NCBI GenBank assembly: GCA_012798835.1 | Contig: JAAZML010000056.1 | Span: forward strand, 1,496 to 65,495 | Length of the DNA: 64,000 nucleotides | Source: Clostridium sp. | GTDB taxonomy: Bacteria; Bacillota; Clostridia; Acetivibrionales; Acetivibrionaceae | Direction of reading: 5' to 3' | Part shown: positions 1 to 9,228 of the stretch, in pieces | Position numbering within the stretch: position 1 is the stretch's first letter | Layout: each line of letters begins with the position of its first letter | The notes under the pieces: generated by a model | Seen by the model: only the letters and a program-made list of their open reading frames with translations | Told to the model about the DNA's origin: nothing | Database searches by the model: none | Made by a program: the position numbers and the translations under genes

Positions 1-2
1 TA

Positions 3-1985
3 TTGGATATTAAGCATATATCCGCTTCTGATCATGAGGAGGTACATATAAGATCTAATAAAATTGCTGATTACGAATCATTTTTGCTAACAGATCAAAT
101 TAATAAGATAGTAGTTGATGTTGCAGATGCGCATATAAAGAATGCATTACAGCAAATAGATGTAGACAGCAGACTCATAGCAGCAATACGATGTGCTAAT
201 CAAAAGAATGATACGGCTAGGGTGGTGGTTGATCTTAAGTCAGACTCCAACTACAAGATAATAAAATCAGGAGATTATATTGTGGTTTACGTTTCCAGTG
301 GCCCAATAGCTAATAACCCAGAGTTATCGTTGCCAACAAGGGGAGACGGGGGACAAGAACAAAATCAAAACGATAAAATTCTTTATGTGGCTTACGAACC
401 CTACAAGGATTGGGAAGAAGTTAGTCTTAGTATAGGTAATTATGAAAACTATAATATAAGTAAAAACATGGGAAACAGCAGTATTGTTATTGAGATACCT
501 GGTGCCCTTGCGCCTTTGCAGGAAAAGGAGATTAATGCAAACAGTAATTTCATCAAAAGCATAAAATACGTTTCCACCGAAGCATCCCTTGCTAGGGTAA
601 CTATAAATCTTAAAGGACAGTCCACGTACCGAATTTTGGAGGATAAAGGGAAAATCAGGCTATTGTTTTTCGAGGAGGTTGGAGGAGTCGATCCTTGGCA
701 TACACCTGAGCCAACGGGTAGCGTGACACCAACACCAGCTCCACCCATACCTGAAACAACACCTACAAATGAGGAGGATAACGGCCTGGATGTTGACTAT
801 ATAATAAGCGAACAATACAACAAGGTTTTTTTGAATATAAAAGGCTATGGGGATTATAAGGCCTCTCGGCTGTCTGAGCCGGAACGTATCATAATTGATA
901 TAACGGGATCAAAGGTTGATAAGGATCAAAAGGTAATAGAGATTAAAAGTGGTCTGATAGGGACAATAAGGTATGCTCAGTTTAAAGATGATGTGACGAG
1001 GGTGGTAATTGACACAAAGGGGCAACTCCAATACAATATAGAACAAATTGATAGTGGGCTGGTTATATATATGATGAAATCCACTTACAAAAATATAGAA
1101 TACAGCAATTCAATGGATAGGGTGCATTTTATATTAAAAGGTGCCAAGCTTACAGAAGGCGGCGAAAATCTAAAGAAGCTGTATAAGGATAACTACGACA
1201 TGGACGGAAGAAGATATACCATAACATTTCCCAGCAATTTAGCGGATATCGGGACGGGCTTGATGGAAGTGAATGATGGGATAGTCGATTATGTAAATAT
1301 ATATAAAAACACCGCCACAAACGAGACAAGTATGGAATTTAATACATTTGATAGTTATGATTATCTTGTAATAGCAAGGAGTGACACCAACGATACGGCG
1401 ATTACACTATTAAAAAGATACACTAAAGGGGAAAGACTGATTGTTATCGATGCGGGTCACGGGGGGGTGGAGCCCGGTGCAGTGCATGGGGGATATCACG
1501 AAAAGGATCTGAATTTAGATATCGCAAAAAGGGTAAATAAGCTTTTAAAAAGCAAAAATATTAATACCTATATGATAAGGGAAGATGATAGTTTTGTAGG
1601 CCTTTACGAAAGGGCATACATTGCCAATACCCTTAATGCAACCTTGTTTTTGAGTATACACAATAATGCATATTATGAAAGATTTAAGGGGACTGAAACG
1701 CTGTATTATCCACCATCCTCCAGCAGCACAGGCTTTAATGGCGAAAGGTTTGCATTAATAACACAAAGAAACCTTATAAATAAGCTTAATACCCATGATA
1801 GGGGTATTGTAAAAAGACCAAATCTCGTGGTGCTTAAAGCAACAAAAATGCCTGCAGTATTAGCAGAAATAGCTTTTATGACCAATGCTGAGGATATGGC
1901 CAACCTAAGAGCGGAAAGCTTTAGACAAAGGGCGGCAGAGGCCTTATGTGATGCGATAATACAAGCACTAGAAGAGCTGGAATGA
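3..1985 (+). CDS. N-acetylmuramoyl-L-alanine amidase (Amidase_3 type) with N-terminal AMIN-like repeats; 5' end lies outside the window
   Basis: The ORF runs in from the window edge. The C-terminal third has 'LIVIDAGHGGVEPGAV...SIHNNA...VLAEIAFMTN', typical of zinc amidase_3 (CwlC/AmiC-like). Upstream are repeated beta-rich 'TRVVVDLK / ARVTINLK / TRVVIDTK' modules and a Pro/Thr linker. Confidence 0.85.
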   Translation: MDIKHISASDHEEVHIRSNKIADYESFLLTDQINKIVVDVADAHIKNALQQIDVDSRLIAAIRCANQKNDTARVVVDLKSDSNYKIIKSGDYIVVYVSSGPIANNPELSLPTRGDGGQEQNQNDKILYVAYEPYKDWEEVSLSIGNYENYNISKNMGNSSIVIEIPGALAPLQEKEINANSNFIKSIKYVSTEASLARVTINLKGQSTYRILEDKGKIRLLFFEEVGGVDPWHTPEPTGSVTPTPAPPIPETTPTNEEDNGLDVDYIISEQYNKVFLNIKGYGDYKASRLSEPERIIIDITGSKVDKDQKVIEIKSGLIGTIRYAQFKDDVTRVVIDTKGQLQYNIEQIDSGLVIYMMKSTYKNIEYSNSMDRVHFILKGAKLTEGGENLKKLYKDNYDMDGRRYTITFPSNLADIGTGLMEVNDGIVDYVNIYKNTATNETSMEFNTFDSYDYLVIARSDTNDTAITLLKRYTKGERLIVIDAGHGGVEPGAVHGGYHEKDLNLDIAKRVNKLLKSKNINTYMIREDDSFVGLYERAYIANTLNATLFLSIHNNAYYERFKGTETLYYPPSSSSTGFNGERFALITQRNLINKLNTHDRGIVKRPNLVVLKATKMPAVLAEIAFMTNAEDMANLRAESFRQRAAEALCDAIIQALEELE

Positions 1986-2063
1986 TCATTAACAAATAAA
2001 CCATAAAGCAGAAAAAATTATTCAGGAGATCTAAAAACTGCTAAAAGGTTTTCCGATACTTTA

Positions 2064-2108
2064 TTTATCGCTATAAAGCATATATACTTTATGGCGATAA
2101 AATTTTGC
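2064..2108 (+). terminator. Hairpin downstream of the amidase gene, possible intrinsic terminator
   Basis: Arms 'tttatcgctataaag' and 'ctttatggcgataaa' are nearly complementary and are followed by 'attttg'. Confidence 0.45.
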
Positions 2109-2264
2109 CACTATCCGAATAGGGAATATGGTGCTAGATATTCGATTAATTAAAACAAAATTCTATTTTTATTGCATTCAAAATCAGGGTAAGCTAAAAT
2201 ATTCATGATAAACAACAAATTGCAGTTGAGTGCTTAAATAAATAAGAAGGGTTGTGTTTATATT

Positions 2265-3269
2265 ATGGCTGTGTTGGTTACGGGGGGAGCAGGCTATATA
2301 GGAATTCATACGGTAGCCGAATTGACAAGGAGGAACGAAAAAGTTATTGTTCTAGATAGCCTAGAAAAAGGTTACTCCAAGGCATTGGAACTATCTGGGG
2401 AAGGCAATGCTAAACTAATTAAAGGAGACATAAGGGATAGAATATTTTTGACAAAATTATTTTTGGATAACGATATTGAGTCGGTAATTCACTTTGCGGC
2501 ATACATCGAGGTGGGTGAAAGCGTTGCAGATCCGCTTAAATACTACAATAATAATGTTATTGGTACGCTTAATCTACTAACTGCAATGAAGGAATCGGGG
2601 GTAGATAAAATAGTATTTTCCTCTACTGCGGCTACCTATGGGGAACCCCAAAATACACCAATTCTAGAAACCGACAGCACTATCCCAACAAATCCTTATG
2701 GACAAACTAAACTTGCTGCCGAAAGGGCATTGAAGTGGTCTGATGAAGCCTATGGAATTAGACATGTAATTTTGAGGTACTTTAATGCCAGCGGGGCGGA
2801 TAGAAGTGGTCTTATCGGCGAGGCACACAACCCCGAATCCCATTTGATACCTCTTGTAATTCAGGCGGCGATGGGAAAAAGAGAAAACATAAAAATATTT
2901 GGAAATGATTACGACACCCCTGATGGAACATGTGTAAGGGATTATATACATGTTTCGGATTTGGCAAAGGCACATTATTTGGCACTACAAAGTTTGAGAA
3001 CGGGGAAATGTAGTAATATATATAACCTTGGAAATGGAAAGGGTTTTTCCGTTAGGGAAGTTATAGATGTCGTCCGGAGGGTAACCGGAAAGCATATAAA
3101 GGTAGAAGATGCACCAAGGAGAGCAGGGGATCCAGCAATCCTTATAGCATCATCTGAAAAAATAAAAAAGGAACTTGGCTGGAACCCCAGAATGACTGAT
3201 TTGGAAGCAATAGTGGATACAGCATGGCAGTGGCACAAAAACAACCCCGAAGGGTACAACAACAAATAA
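2265..3269 (+). CDS. galE: UDP-glucose 4-epimerase
   Basis: N-terminal Rossmann motif 'VLVTGGAGYIGIHT', the 'SSTAATYG' and 'PYGQTKL' (YxxxK) SDR catalytic motifs, length 334 aa. A GGGTTG RBS-like element lies upstream. Confidence 0.9.
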   Translation: MAVLVTGGAGYIGIHTVAELTRRNEKVIVLDSLEKGYSKALELSGEGNAKLIKGDIRDRIFLTKLFLDNDIESVIHFAAYIEVGESVADPLKYYNNNVIGTLNLLTAMKESGVDKIVFSSTAATYGEPQNTPILETDSTIPTNPYGQTKLAAERALKWSDEAYGIRHVILRYFNASGADRSGLIGEAHNPESHLIPLVIQAAMGKRENIKIFGNDYDTPDGTCVRDYIHVSDLAKAHYLALQSLRTGKCSNIYNLGNGKGFSVREVIDVVRRVTGKHIKVEDAPRRAGDPAILIASSEKIKKELGWNPRMTDLEAIVDTAWQWHKNNPEGYNNK

Positions 3270-3354
3270 ACTTAGGAATAGGATTATATTACAACACTCT
3301 TCTGTCTATAATTACAATAGTAGCAATATCTTATTTATAGGGAGTGTAGGTAAT

Positions 3355-4446
3355 ATGAAAAAGATAATATGTTTTTTGCTGGTTATGATGATTGCACTAA
3401 GTTGTGGATGCAAACTTCTAGATGGGGAAACTACAAGCGGTTCCGATTTAGATGGTGTTGAAAGCACCAAAAGTCCTAAAAACGGTGGGGATGATGAGTA
3501 CATAGAAACTACCCCAAATAGTGATTTTGCGAATGAGCAGGGAACAGAAATAAGCAAAGACACGGATATATCCAACGAATTCATTAGAGTGACAGCATAC
3601 TATAGGGATGGAGATAATACATTAATCCCCCTGACCAGAAAGATCAAGAAGGAAGAGGGAATAGCACGGGCCACCTTAAATTATATGATTGATAATGAGC
3701 AAAATAACAGCAAGATTAAAGACTTGGGATTGCAAGGAATCTTGCCTAAGGATACCACCATGCTGGGTATAAATATTAAAGACGATATAGCCATAGTTGA
3801 TTTTAGCAGCGATATTTTGGACTATACTAGCGAGGCCACAGAGACAAACATTGTAGCGGGCGTAGTATATTGTCTTACTGGTTTTGATACGATAGAAGGT
3901 GTCAAATTTTTAATAGAAGGCAAAGAGTACGGTAAAATGAAATTTGGTACCGATATAAGCGAAGTTTTGGGAAGACAAAACACTCTTATAAATTCGCATA
4001 ATACAAATTTGGGAGATAAAGTAAGTAAGATTGATATTTACCTTTACAAATATATGGAGGGTAAAAGGGAATATATACTTCCAGTTTCTGTGAGCTATAT
4101 AGGTATTGAAGAGGATATGCTTCCCACTGAACTTGTGAGGATGCTCACCGAAAAACCTAAGGATGGGAAACTGTATTCACAAATACCAACAGAAACAAGA
4201 TTGATTAGCAGTAGAATTGATAAGGATATATTGGTTTTGGATTTCGATAGGGAGATAGGTAATTACGGTGGAAGCTCAAGGGAATTGGGGATCTTAAATC
4301 AGTTAATATATACAATGAAACAGATTAACAAAGCAAAAGGTATAAAGATTCTAATAGAAGGGAGAGAAGGCACGCTACCCGAAGGAACGGATCTCTCCAA
4401 GGAAATAATATTTCCTGCCCATATAAATGCCCATGATGATATTTAG
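3355..4446 (+). CDS. gerM: GerM-like sporulation/germination lipoprotein (two GerMN-type domains)
   Basis: Lipoprotein signal 'MKKIICFLLVMMIALSCGC'. Size (363 aa) and position directly upstream of rph-rdgB match the Bacillus gerM-rph-ysnA arrangement. RBS 'gggagtgtagg'. Confidence 0.7.
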   Translation: MKKIICFLLVMMIALSCGCKLLDGETTSGSDLDGVESTKSPKNGGDDEYIETTPNSDFANEQGTEISKDTDISNEFIRVTAYYRDGDNTLIPLTRKIKKEEGIARATLNYMIDNEQNNSKIKDLGLQGILPKDTTMLGINIKDDIAIVDFSSDILDYTSEATETNIVAGVVYCLTGFDTIEGVKFLIEGKEYGKMKFGTDISEVLGRQNTLINSHNTNLGDKVSKIDIYLYKYMEGKREYILPVSVSYIGIEEDMLPTELVRMLTEKPKDGKLYSQIPTETRLISSRIDKDILVLDFDREIGNYGGSSRELGILNQLIYTMKQINKAKGIKILIEGREGTLPEGTDLSKEIIFPAHINAHDDI

Positions 4447-4552
4447 GGTTAACATTCCTTTATGAAACCAAGTTTAGTTGCAATATACAGGGGGATAATG
4501 TATTCTACCAAAGAGAAGCAGGATATTTATTTTAAGAAAGGTTGTGAATGTA

Positions 4553-5329
4553 TTGAGGGTTGATGGAAGGGGAGAGGCTGAACTTAGGCCTATAAAAATA
4601 ACAAGAAATTTTCTAAAGCATGCAGAGGGTTCTGTTTTGATTGAGATGGGAGAAACAAAAATTATTTGTACCGCTTCAGTGGGAGAAAAGGTACCGCCCT
4701 TTAAAAAAAATACTGGAGAGGGTTGGGTAACAGCAGAATATTCAATGCTGCCGAGGGCAACAAAAGTTCGAAACCAAAGAGATATAAACAGACTAAGGCT
4801 CAACGGCAGGAGGCAGGAGATACAAAGGCTAATTGGAAGATCTTTAAGATCGGTGGTAAATCTAAATTTGCTTGGGGAAAGGGAAATTATTATAGACTGC
4901 GATGTTATACAGGCGGATGGTGGGACTAGAACAGCCTCCATTACTGGGGGGTTTGTGGCGTTGGTTGATGCTTGCAAACGGCTTGTAGATGACGGTGTTA
5001 TAGGACAAATACCTCTTACCGACTTCCTCGCTGCCGTAAGTGTTGGATTGGTAGACGATAGGGGCATGTTAGACTTATGCTATATTGAAGATTATGGGGC
5101 ATCTACCGATATGAATGTAGTAATGACATCGGGGGGGGAATACATTGAGGTGCAGGCTACAGGGGAGCAAGCACCTTTTGGCAAGGAACAATTTGGGGTG
5201 CTTTTAGATCTTGCAGAAAAGGGCGTACAGGAGCTAATTGAAGCCCAAAAGAATGCTTTGGGTCAAGTATCAAACGAAGTGGGGAGAGTAACGAAAGATG
5301 AGAAGATTTGTAATAGCATCCAAGAATAA
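4553..5329 (+). CDS. rph: Ribonuclease PH
   Basis: '[19 protein letters not shown]...[10 protein letters not shown]...[14 protein letters not shown]...[18 protein letters not shown]' is collinear with B. subtilis Rph. The ORF track starts at GTG 4544. TTG 4553 gives the canonical 'MRxDGR' N-terminus and better RBS spacing, so the start is uncertain by 9 nt. Confidence 0.92.
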   Translation: MRVDGRGEAELRPIKITRNFLKHAEGSVLIEMGETKIICTASVGEKVPPFKKNTGEGWVTAEYSMLPRATKVRNQRDINRLRLNGRRQEIQRLIGRSLRSVVNLNLLGEREIIIDCDVIQADGGTRTASITGGFVALVDACKRLVDDGVIGQIPLTDFLAAVSVGLVDDRGMLDLCYIEDYGASTDMNVVMTSGGEYIEVQATGEQAPFGKEQFGVLLDLAEKGVQELIEAQKNALGQVSNEVGRVTKDEKICNSIQE

Positions 5330-5897
5330 CGGGAAGCTTAAGGAAATAGAGGAAATATTAGAAGGGTTGCCCCTTAAAGTAGTGTCCATGGAGCAGGCAG
5401 GAATAAGAAAGGATGTAATAGAGAGCGGTAAAACTTTCGAAGAAAATGCCCTGATTAAGGCCCGGGAGGTACATAATATTTGCGGGGAAGTGGTTATGGC
5501 TGATGATTCAGGGCTAGAGGTGGATTTTTTAAATGGTGCACCCGGTATATATTCATCGAGATTTGCAGGAGAGCATGCTAATGATATTGATAGAAACAAT
5601 AAACTTCTTTCGATTTTGAAGGGTATTCCGATAGGAAAGAGGGGCGCAAGATTTGTTTGTGTAATTGCCTTGGTATTCCCCGGGGGAAAGGAATTTATTA
5701 TGCGTGGGGAACTTAAAGGGTTTATCGGAACCGAGCCAAAGGGCAACAATGGTTTTGGGTATGATCCCCTGTTTTTTATTCCGGAATACAATATGACATC
5801 GGCGCAGATGGATCCGGGGATGAAGCATAGGATTAGTCACAGGGGAAAGGCATTGAAGATGATGGTGGAACGGATAAAAACGGAGCTGGGCACATAA
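5298..5897 (+). CDS. rdgB: XTP/dITP diphosphatase (non-canonical purine NTP pyrophosphatase, Ham1/RdgB family)
   Basis: '[12 protein letters not shown]...[12 protein letters not shown]...[25 protein letters not shown]...GFGYDPLFF...ISHRGKAL' matches RdgB/YsnA. Its start overlaps the rph 3' end. RBS 'ggggagag'. Confidence 0.92.
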   Translation: MRRFVIASKNNGKLKEIEEILEGLPLKVVSMEQAGIRKDVIESGKTFEENALIKAREVHNICGEVVMADDSGLEVDFLNGAPGIYSSRFAGEHANDIDRNNKLLSILKGIPIGKRGARFVCVIALVFPGGKEFIMRGELKGFIGTEPKGNNGFGYDPLFFIPEYNMTSAQMDPGMKHRISHRGKALKMMVERIKTELGT

Positions 5898-5956
5898 AGT
5901 AATAGGCATCCTTTAATAATAGACAAATATTTTTGAGGGAACCTCCAAAAAAAATG

Positions 5957-5985
5957 TTGACAAATAAATATGAAGTTTGTATAAT
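5957..5985 (+). promoter_or_regulatory. Sigma-A type promoter for the tRNA-Gly/tRNA-Arg pair
   Basis: TTGACA (5957-5962), 17-nt spacer, TATAAT (5980-5985), about 35 nt upstream of tRNA-Gly. Confidence 0.6.
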
Positions 5986-6020
5986 ATATAAGGTCAGTGC
6001 ATATTTGATTGGTTTTTATT

Positions 6021-6094
6021 GCGGGTGTAGTTCAATGGTAGAACATCAGCCTTCCAAGCTGATTGTGAGGGTTCGATTCCCTTCACCCGCTCCA
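6021..6094 (+). tRNA. tRNA-Gly (anticodon UCC), CCA encoded
   Basis: Hand-folded cloverleaf: acceptor gcgggtg/cacccgc, D arm gttc-aatggta-gaac, anticodon stem tcagc/gctga with loop cTTCCaa, T arm gaggg-ttcgatt-ccctt, discriminator t, then cca. Confidence 0.9.
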
Positions 6095-6098
6095 GTAT

Positions 6099-6175
<77 letters not shown>

Positions 6176-6176
6176 A

Positions 6177-6220
6177 CAAAACCCTGGAGCTACAGTGCTT
6201 CCGGGGTTTTGTTATTTTTT
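6177..6220 (+). terminator. Intrinsic terminator after the tRNA pair
   Basis: 'aaaaccctggagc tacagt gcttccggggtttt' forms a hairpin with G-U pairs and is followed by 'gttatttttt'. Confidence 0.6.
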
Positions 6221-6399
6221 TAAAGGGGATAACGATTTGGAAATTAATTACTGATGATATAAAAAATACTAGTAATTAGCTCTAATGCATTACGCAGGAA
6301 ATAGAAATTTTTTAAATTAAAATAATAAAAGGTGAATAATATAACCCGAAATGGTTAATAATTATATTGACCTCACAAATACATTTTAACCCCCTAATA

Positions 6400-6429
6400 G
6401 AATGCCCCGGCTAATTAGCCGGGGCATTC
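6400..6429. repeat. Perfect 30-nt palindrome in a long AT-rich spacer
   Basis: 'gaatgccccgg-ctaattag-ccggggcattc': 11-bp GC-rich arms and a self-complementary loop. Neither side has a flanking T-tract. Confidence 0.8.
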
Positions 6430-6726
6430 AACATAAAGGGCGTATCGCAAAATAGGTTAATCCAAAAATAAGATTACTAGTGATATGAAATTTTTGCAAC
6501 AATTATGTTTTAAAGCATTGAAGTTTGATATAATATATATATGCATGATTTGCGTTGCATGTTTCCCAACATGTACTAGACTGCATAGGTGATTTAGCTG
6601 TAATAAGTTCAATAAATGCTTTATCGTTAATGCAAATTGGCACATCAATATTGACCCTATGATTCGAAATGCATTTAGCCCCTTCTGGGCATAGGAAATG
6701 ATATTAAAAAGATTGGAGGACAAGTT

Positions 6727-7041
6727 ATGTCAGATTATGTAGGAGTAACCCCTCCGAATTACACTCCTTATTTTTTTGTTACTCTTGCACTTATTGTAAT
6801 TAATGTTGTGGGTTTTGTTGTTTGTGGTATTGACAAGTATAAGGCAAAAAGAAGTCTTTGGCGGATACCGGAAAGCACCTTTTTCTGGCTGGTTTTGATG
6901 GGGGGAGCAATAGGTGTTTACGTAGGATTTTTGCTGTTTCGTCATAAAACCAGACACCGAAGGTTTATGCTGGGGGTACCTATGATATTTATTTTGCAGG
7001 TGACGGTGTTAATTTTTATTTACTTAACTTTCTACACCTGA
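6727..7041 (+). CDS. DUF1294 family small membrane protein
   Basis: 'CGIDKYKAKRSLWRIPESTFFWLVLMGGAIGVYVGFLLFRHKTRHRRF' is the DUF1294 signature. Three predicted TM segments. RBS 'ttggagga' 7 nt before the ATG. Confidence 0.8.
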   Translation: MSDYVGVTPPNYTPYFFVTLALIVINVVGFVVCGIDKYKAKRSLWRIPESTFFWLVLMGGAIGVYVGFLLFRHKTRHRRFMLGVPMIFILQVTVLIFIYLTFYT

Positions 7042-7113
7042 TTTTCATACCCTAAAAGGATTTATATAACTTGCTTTTGCATATCAAAGATATTTTCATT
7101 AATGTTCCCGCGA

Positions 7114-7122
7114 TGGTATAAT
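7114..7122 (+). promoter_or_regulatory. Extended -10 promoter element (TGgTATAAT) ahead of the helicase/nuclease operon
   Basis: 'atggtataat': TG at 7114-7115 and TATAAT at 7117-7122. A weak -35 'ttcatt' lies 16 nt upstream. Confidence 0.4.
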
Positions 7123-7132
7123 ATATGCAAGT

Positions 7133-9211
7133 TTGATTATCGGAGGGATACATATCAAAATTTCCAAAGAGCTGGTAAAAGAAATTGTTGAGGCACCTGA
7201 ACAAAATTTTAAAGCCATATTAAAGGGACCTGCGGGGAGTGGAAAATCCACTCTTCTTCTCCAAAGGTACAAGCACATGGTGGATGAACTAATGATACCT
7301 AGCGAAAAAATATTGATACTGTTGCTAAATAGGACCCAATCGCTAGAATGGAGAACGCAAACTGTGCTTGCGGGATCGGGTGCTATTTTAAGGACGTCTT
7401 ATTATGGATTTATCCAGGGGGAAATAAAAACCTATTACCCTATTATTCTAAGGAATTGCAATGAAATAATAAAAAAAAATATTAAGCCTATATTTCTAAC
7501 ATTTGAAGCCGCACAATTTTTGGTTTCCATGGTGCTAGAATGGCGGAGGCAGAATAAGGGGGCTTTTTTCGGTGTTGCATCCCTAAGCGATAGGTTGGCA
7601 ATAGATATGACATCAAATCTTGTGCGGGCTGCCATATCAGATATTCCTCATTCTCAAATAGGTGGAAGGCTCTATAGTTCGTTGGAAAATAAGGAAGAGG
7701 CAAGTAAAGATATATTCAAAGATGCAGACGATATCTTAGATGCATATAGAAAAAGGTGTATGGAGTTGGGCATATTTGATTTTGGAATGTCGGTGGAACT
7801 TTATAACCGGTATCTTGTTACCGATAATGTGTACCGCAGACAATTATTAAATAGAGTTGAGCATTTGATTGTTGATAATATAGAGGAATGTGTACCAACG
7901 GAGGTTGATTTTATAAAAGCCATGTTGCCAAACTTAAAAACATGTCTTTTGGCTTACAACCCCGAAGGCGGATATGGTGAAGCATTTGGGAGCAATCACG
8001 AGTACACGAAACAGCAACTTTTAGGTGAGTTGGATTCAATCAAAATTAGTGGTTCGTTTACATGCAAAGATTACATTTATGAGTTTTCGGATATGCTTTT
8101 TGATGCAATAGATGGAAGAATAACCGGTAAATACGGTGCAAGGCCCCAGATAGAGAGGACTGCACCCTTTGAATTACGGAGCGATATGCTTGAAAAAGCT
8201 GGTGAAAGAGTATTATCTCTGATTGAGAATGAGGGTTATCATCCTTCCGATATAGTAGTTATCTCAAATTATGCGGATCCGGTGTCTGAATTTGTAATAG
8301 CGAGATGTTTAGAGGAGCAAGGTCACGAAATTAGGAACCTGGCAAGAAAAAGCAGAGTGGTAGACAATGTTTTTTCGCAGGCCTTGATAACCCTAGCCCA
8401 GCTTTGCCATCCGTCTTTCAATTTTATTCCGGACAGGGAGGATGTCAGGGCTTTGATTCGGATGGTTTTAAAAATAGATCCCGTAAGAAGTTCTATTCTT
8501 GCAGGGGAAATACTCGCACAAAAACCGTTCGCACAGTTTCCTGAGATCGAATTCCCCAGGCTCGTGGAAAGGATAGGGTACCATAATATCGAAAAATACC
8601 AGCATATAAAAGATTGGATCAAAGAATACAAGGAAATGGAGAAGCCGCTGGATATGCATGAATTTTTTCAAAAAGTATTTTTAGAGATACTCGTCTCGGC
8701 TCAGGTATCCCAAAGAGATATTCTTGAAACAAAAAAATTAATCGATAGCGCCAGATCCTTTATTGATGTAGTGTCAGAGTTTGAAAGGAATGCCAACAGG
8801 GATTTTTTGGATGTAGTAAGAAAGGGCGTTAAATCTGGGGAAAGTATTTTCGAGCTTGAGGAAAAACTGGGGGGGGATTTTGTGCTAATGTCAACGCCAG
8901 TAGCTTATCTAGCGGGTTCTTTAAAAAGCAAGGTTATGATTCTTCTTAGTCTTAGCAGCAGCAATTGGACACCTAGAAGCGTCAAGGAGATAAGCAATAT
9001 TCATGTATTAACAAAGACCTGGGTAGATGGCCAAGTTTATACCGAGGAAATGGAAGAAGAGAATCAGAAACGCTATTTGGCTACCCTAGTGAGATCGCTG
9101 TTTAAAAGGTGTGGTGAAAGACTTATAACCTTTGAATCGCTCCTTTCATCGGGGGGATACGAAAACGATGGAATATTGGCAGATTATTTTGATGAAATAC
9201 TCTCACAATAA
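7133..9211 (+). CDS. SF1 (UvrD/AddB-like) helicase-like P-loop ATPase with degenerate helicase motifs
   Basis: Canonical Walker A 'LKGPAGSGKSTLL', but motif II reads 'LIVDNIEE' (D-N, not D-E) and the C-terminal motifs are only vestigial ('LMSTPVAYL', 'RYLATLVRSLFKRCGERL'). No ATG precedes the P-loop. The ORF opens at TTG 7133, while a GGAGGG RBS lies inside it at 7142-7147, so the true start is uncertain. Confidence 0.7.
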   Translation: MIIGGIHIKISKELVKEIVEAPEQNFKAILKGPAGSGKSTLLLQRYKHMVDELMIPSEKILILLLNRTQSLEWRTQTVLAGSGAILRTSYYGFIQGEIKTYYPIILRNCNEIIKKNIKPIFLTFEAAQFLVSMVLEWRRQNKGAFFGVASLSDRLAIDMTSNLVRAAISDIPHSQIGGRLYSSLENKEEASKDIFKDADDILDAYRKRCMELGIFDFGMSVELYNRYLVTDNVYRRQLLNRVEHLIVDNIEECVPTEVDFIKAMLPNLKTCLLAYNPEGGYGEAFGSNHEYTKQQLLGELDSIKISGSFTCKDYIYEFSDMLFDAIDGRITGKYGARPQIERTAPFELRSDMLEKAGERVLSLIENEGYHPSDIVVISNYADPVSEFVIARCLEEQGHEIRNLARKSRVVDNVFSQALITLAQLCHPSFNFIPDREDVRALIRMVLKIDPVRSSILAGEILAQKPFAQFPEIEFPRLVERIGYHNIEKYQHIKDWIKEYKEMEKPLDMHEFFQKVFLEILVSAQVSQRDILETKKLIDSARSFIDVVSEFERNANRDFLDVVRKGVKSGESIFELEEKLGGDFVLMSTPVAYLAGSLKSKVMILLSLSSSNWTPRSVKEISNIHVLTKTWVDGQVYTEEMEEENQKRYLATLVRSLFKRCGERLITFESLLSSGGYENDGILADYFDEILSQ

Positions 9212-9228
9212 AGGAATTGGTGGTTTTT

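Noticed and set aside
5131-5138. G8-G9 homopolymer tracts (5131-5138 in rph, 8869-8876, 9304-9311, 29263-29271) as possible phase-variation switches
   Set aside because: They encode Gly-Gly (GGG GGG) in conserved positions of housekeeping genes such as rph and the amidase as well. They reflect the GGG codon preference of this genome rather than contingency loci.
4474-5791. Long minus-strand ORFs (4474-5067, 197 aa; 5270-5791, 173 aa) opposite rph and rdgB
   Set aside because: They lie antisense to confidently identified genes, have low-complexity Ser/Pro/Leu-rich translations and lack an RBS. They are typical shadow ORFs. The same applies to 12850-13389, 19460-20083, 37886-38386, 55463-55924, 57794-58285 and the other antisense entries in the track.
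6457-6723. 88-aa minus-strand ORF in the AT-rich spacer
   Set aside because: It has no RBS, its composition is driven by AT-rich codons, and it has no recognisable motif. It is probably a chance ORF.
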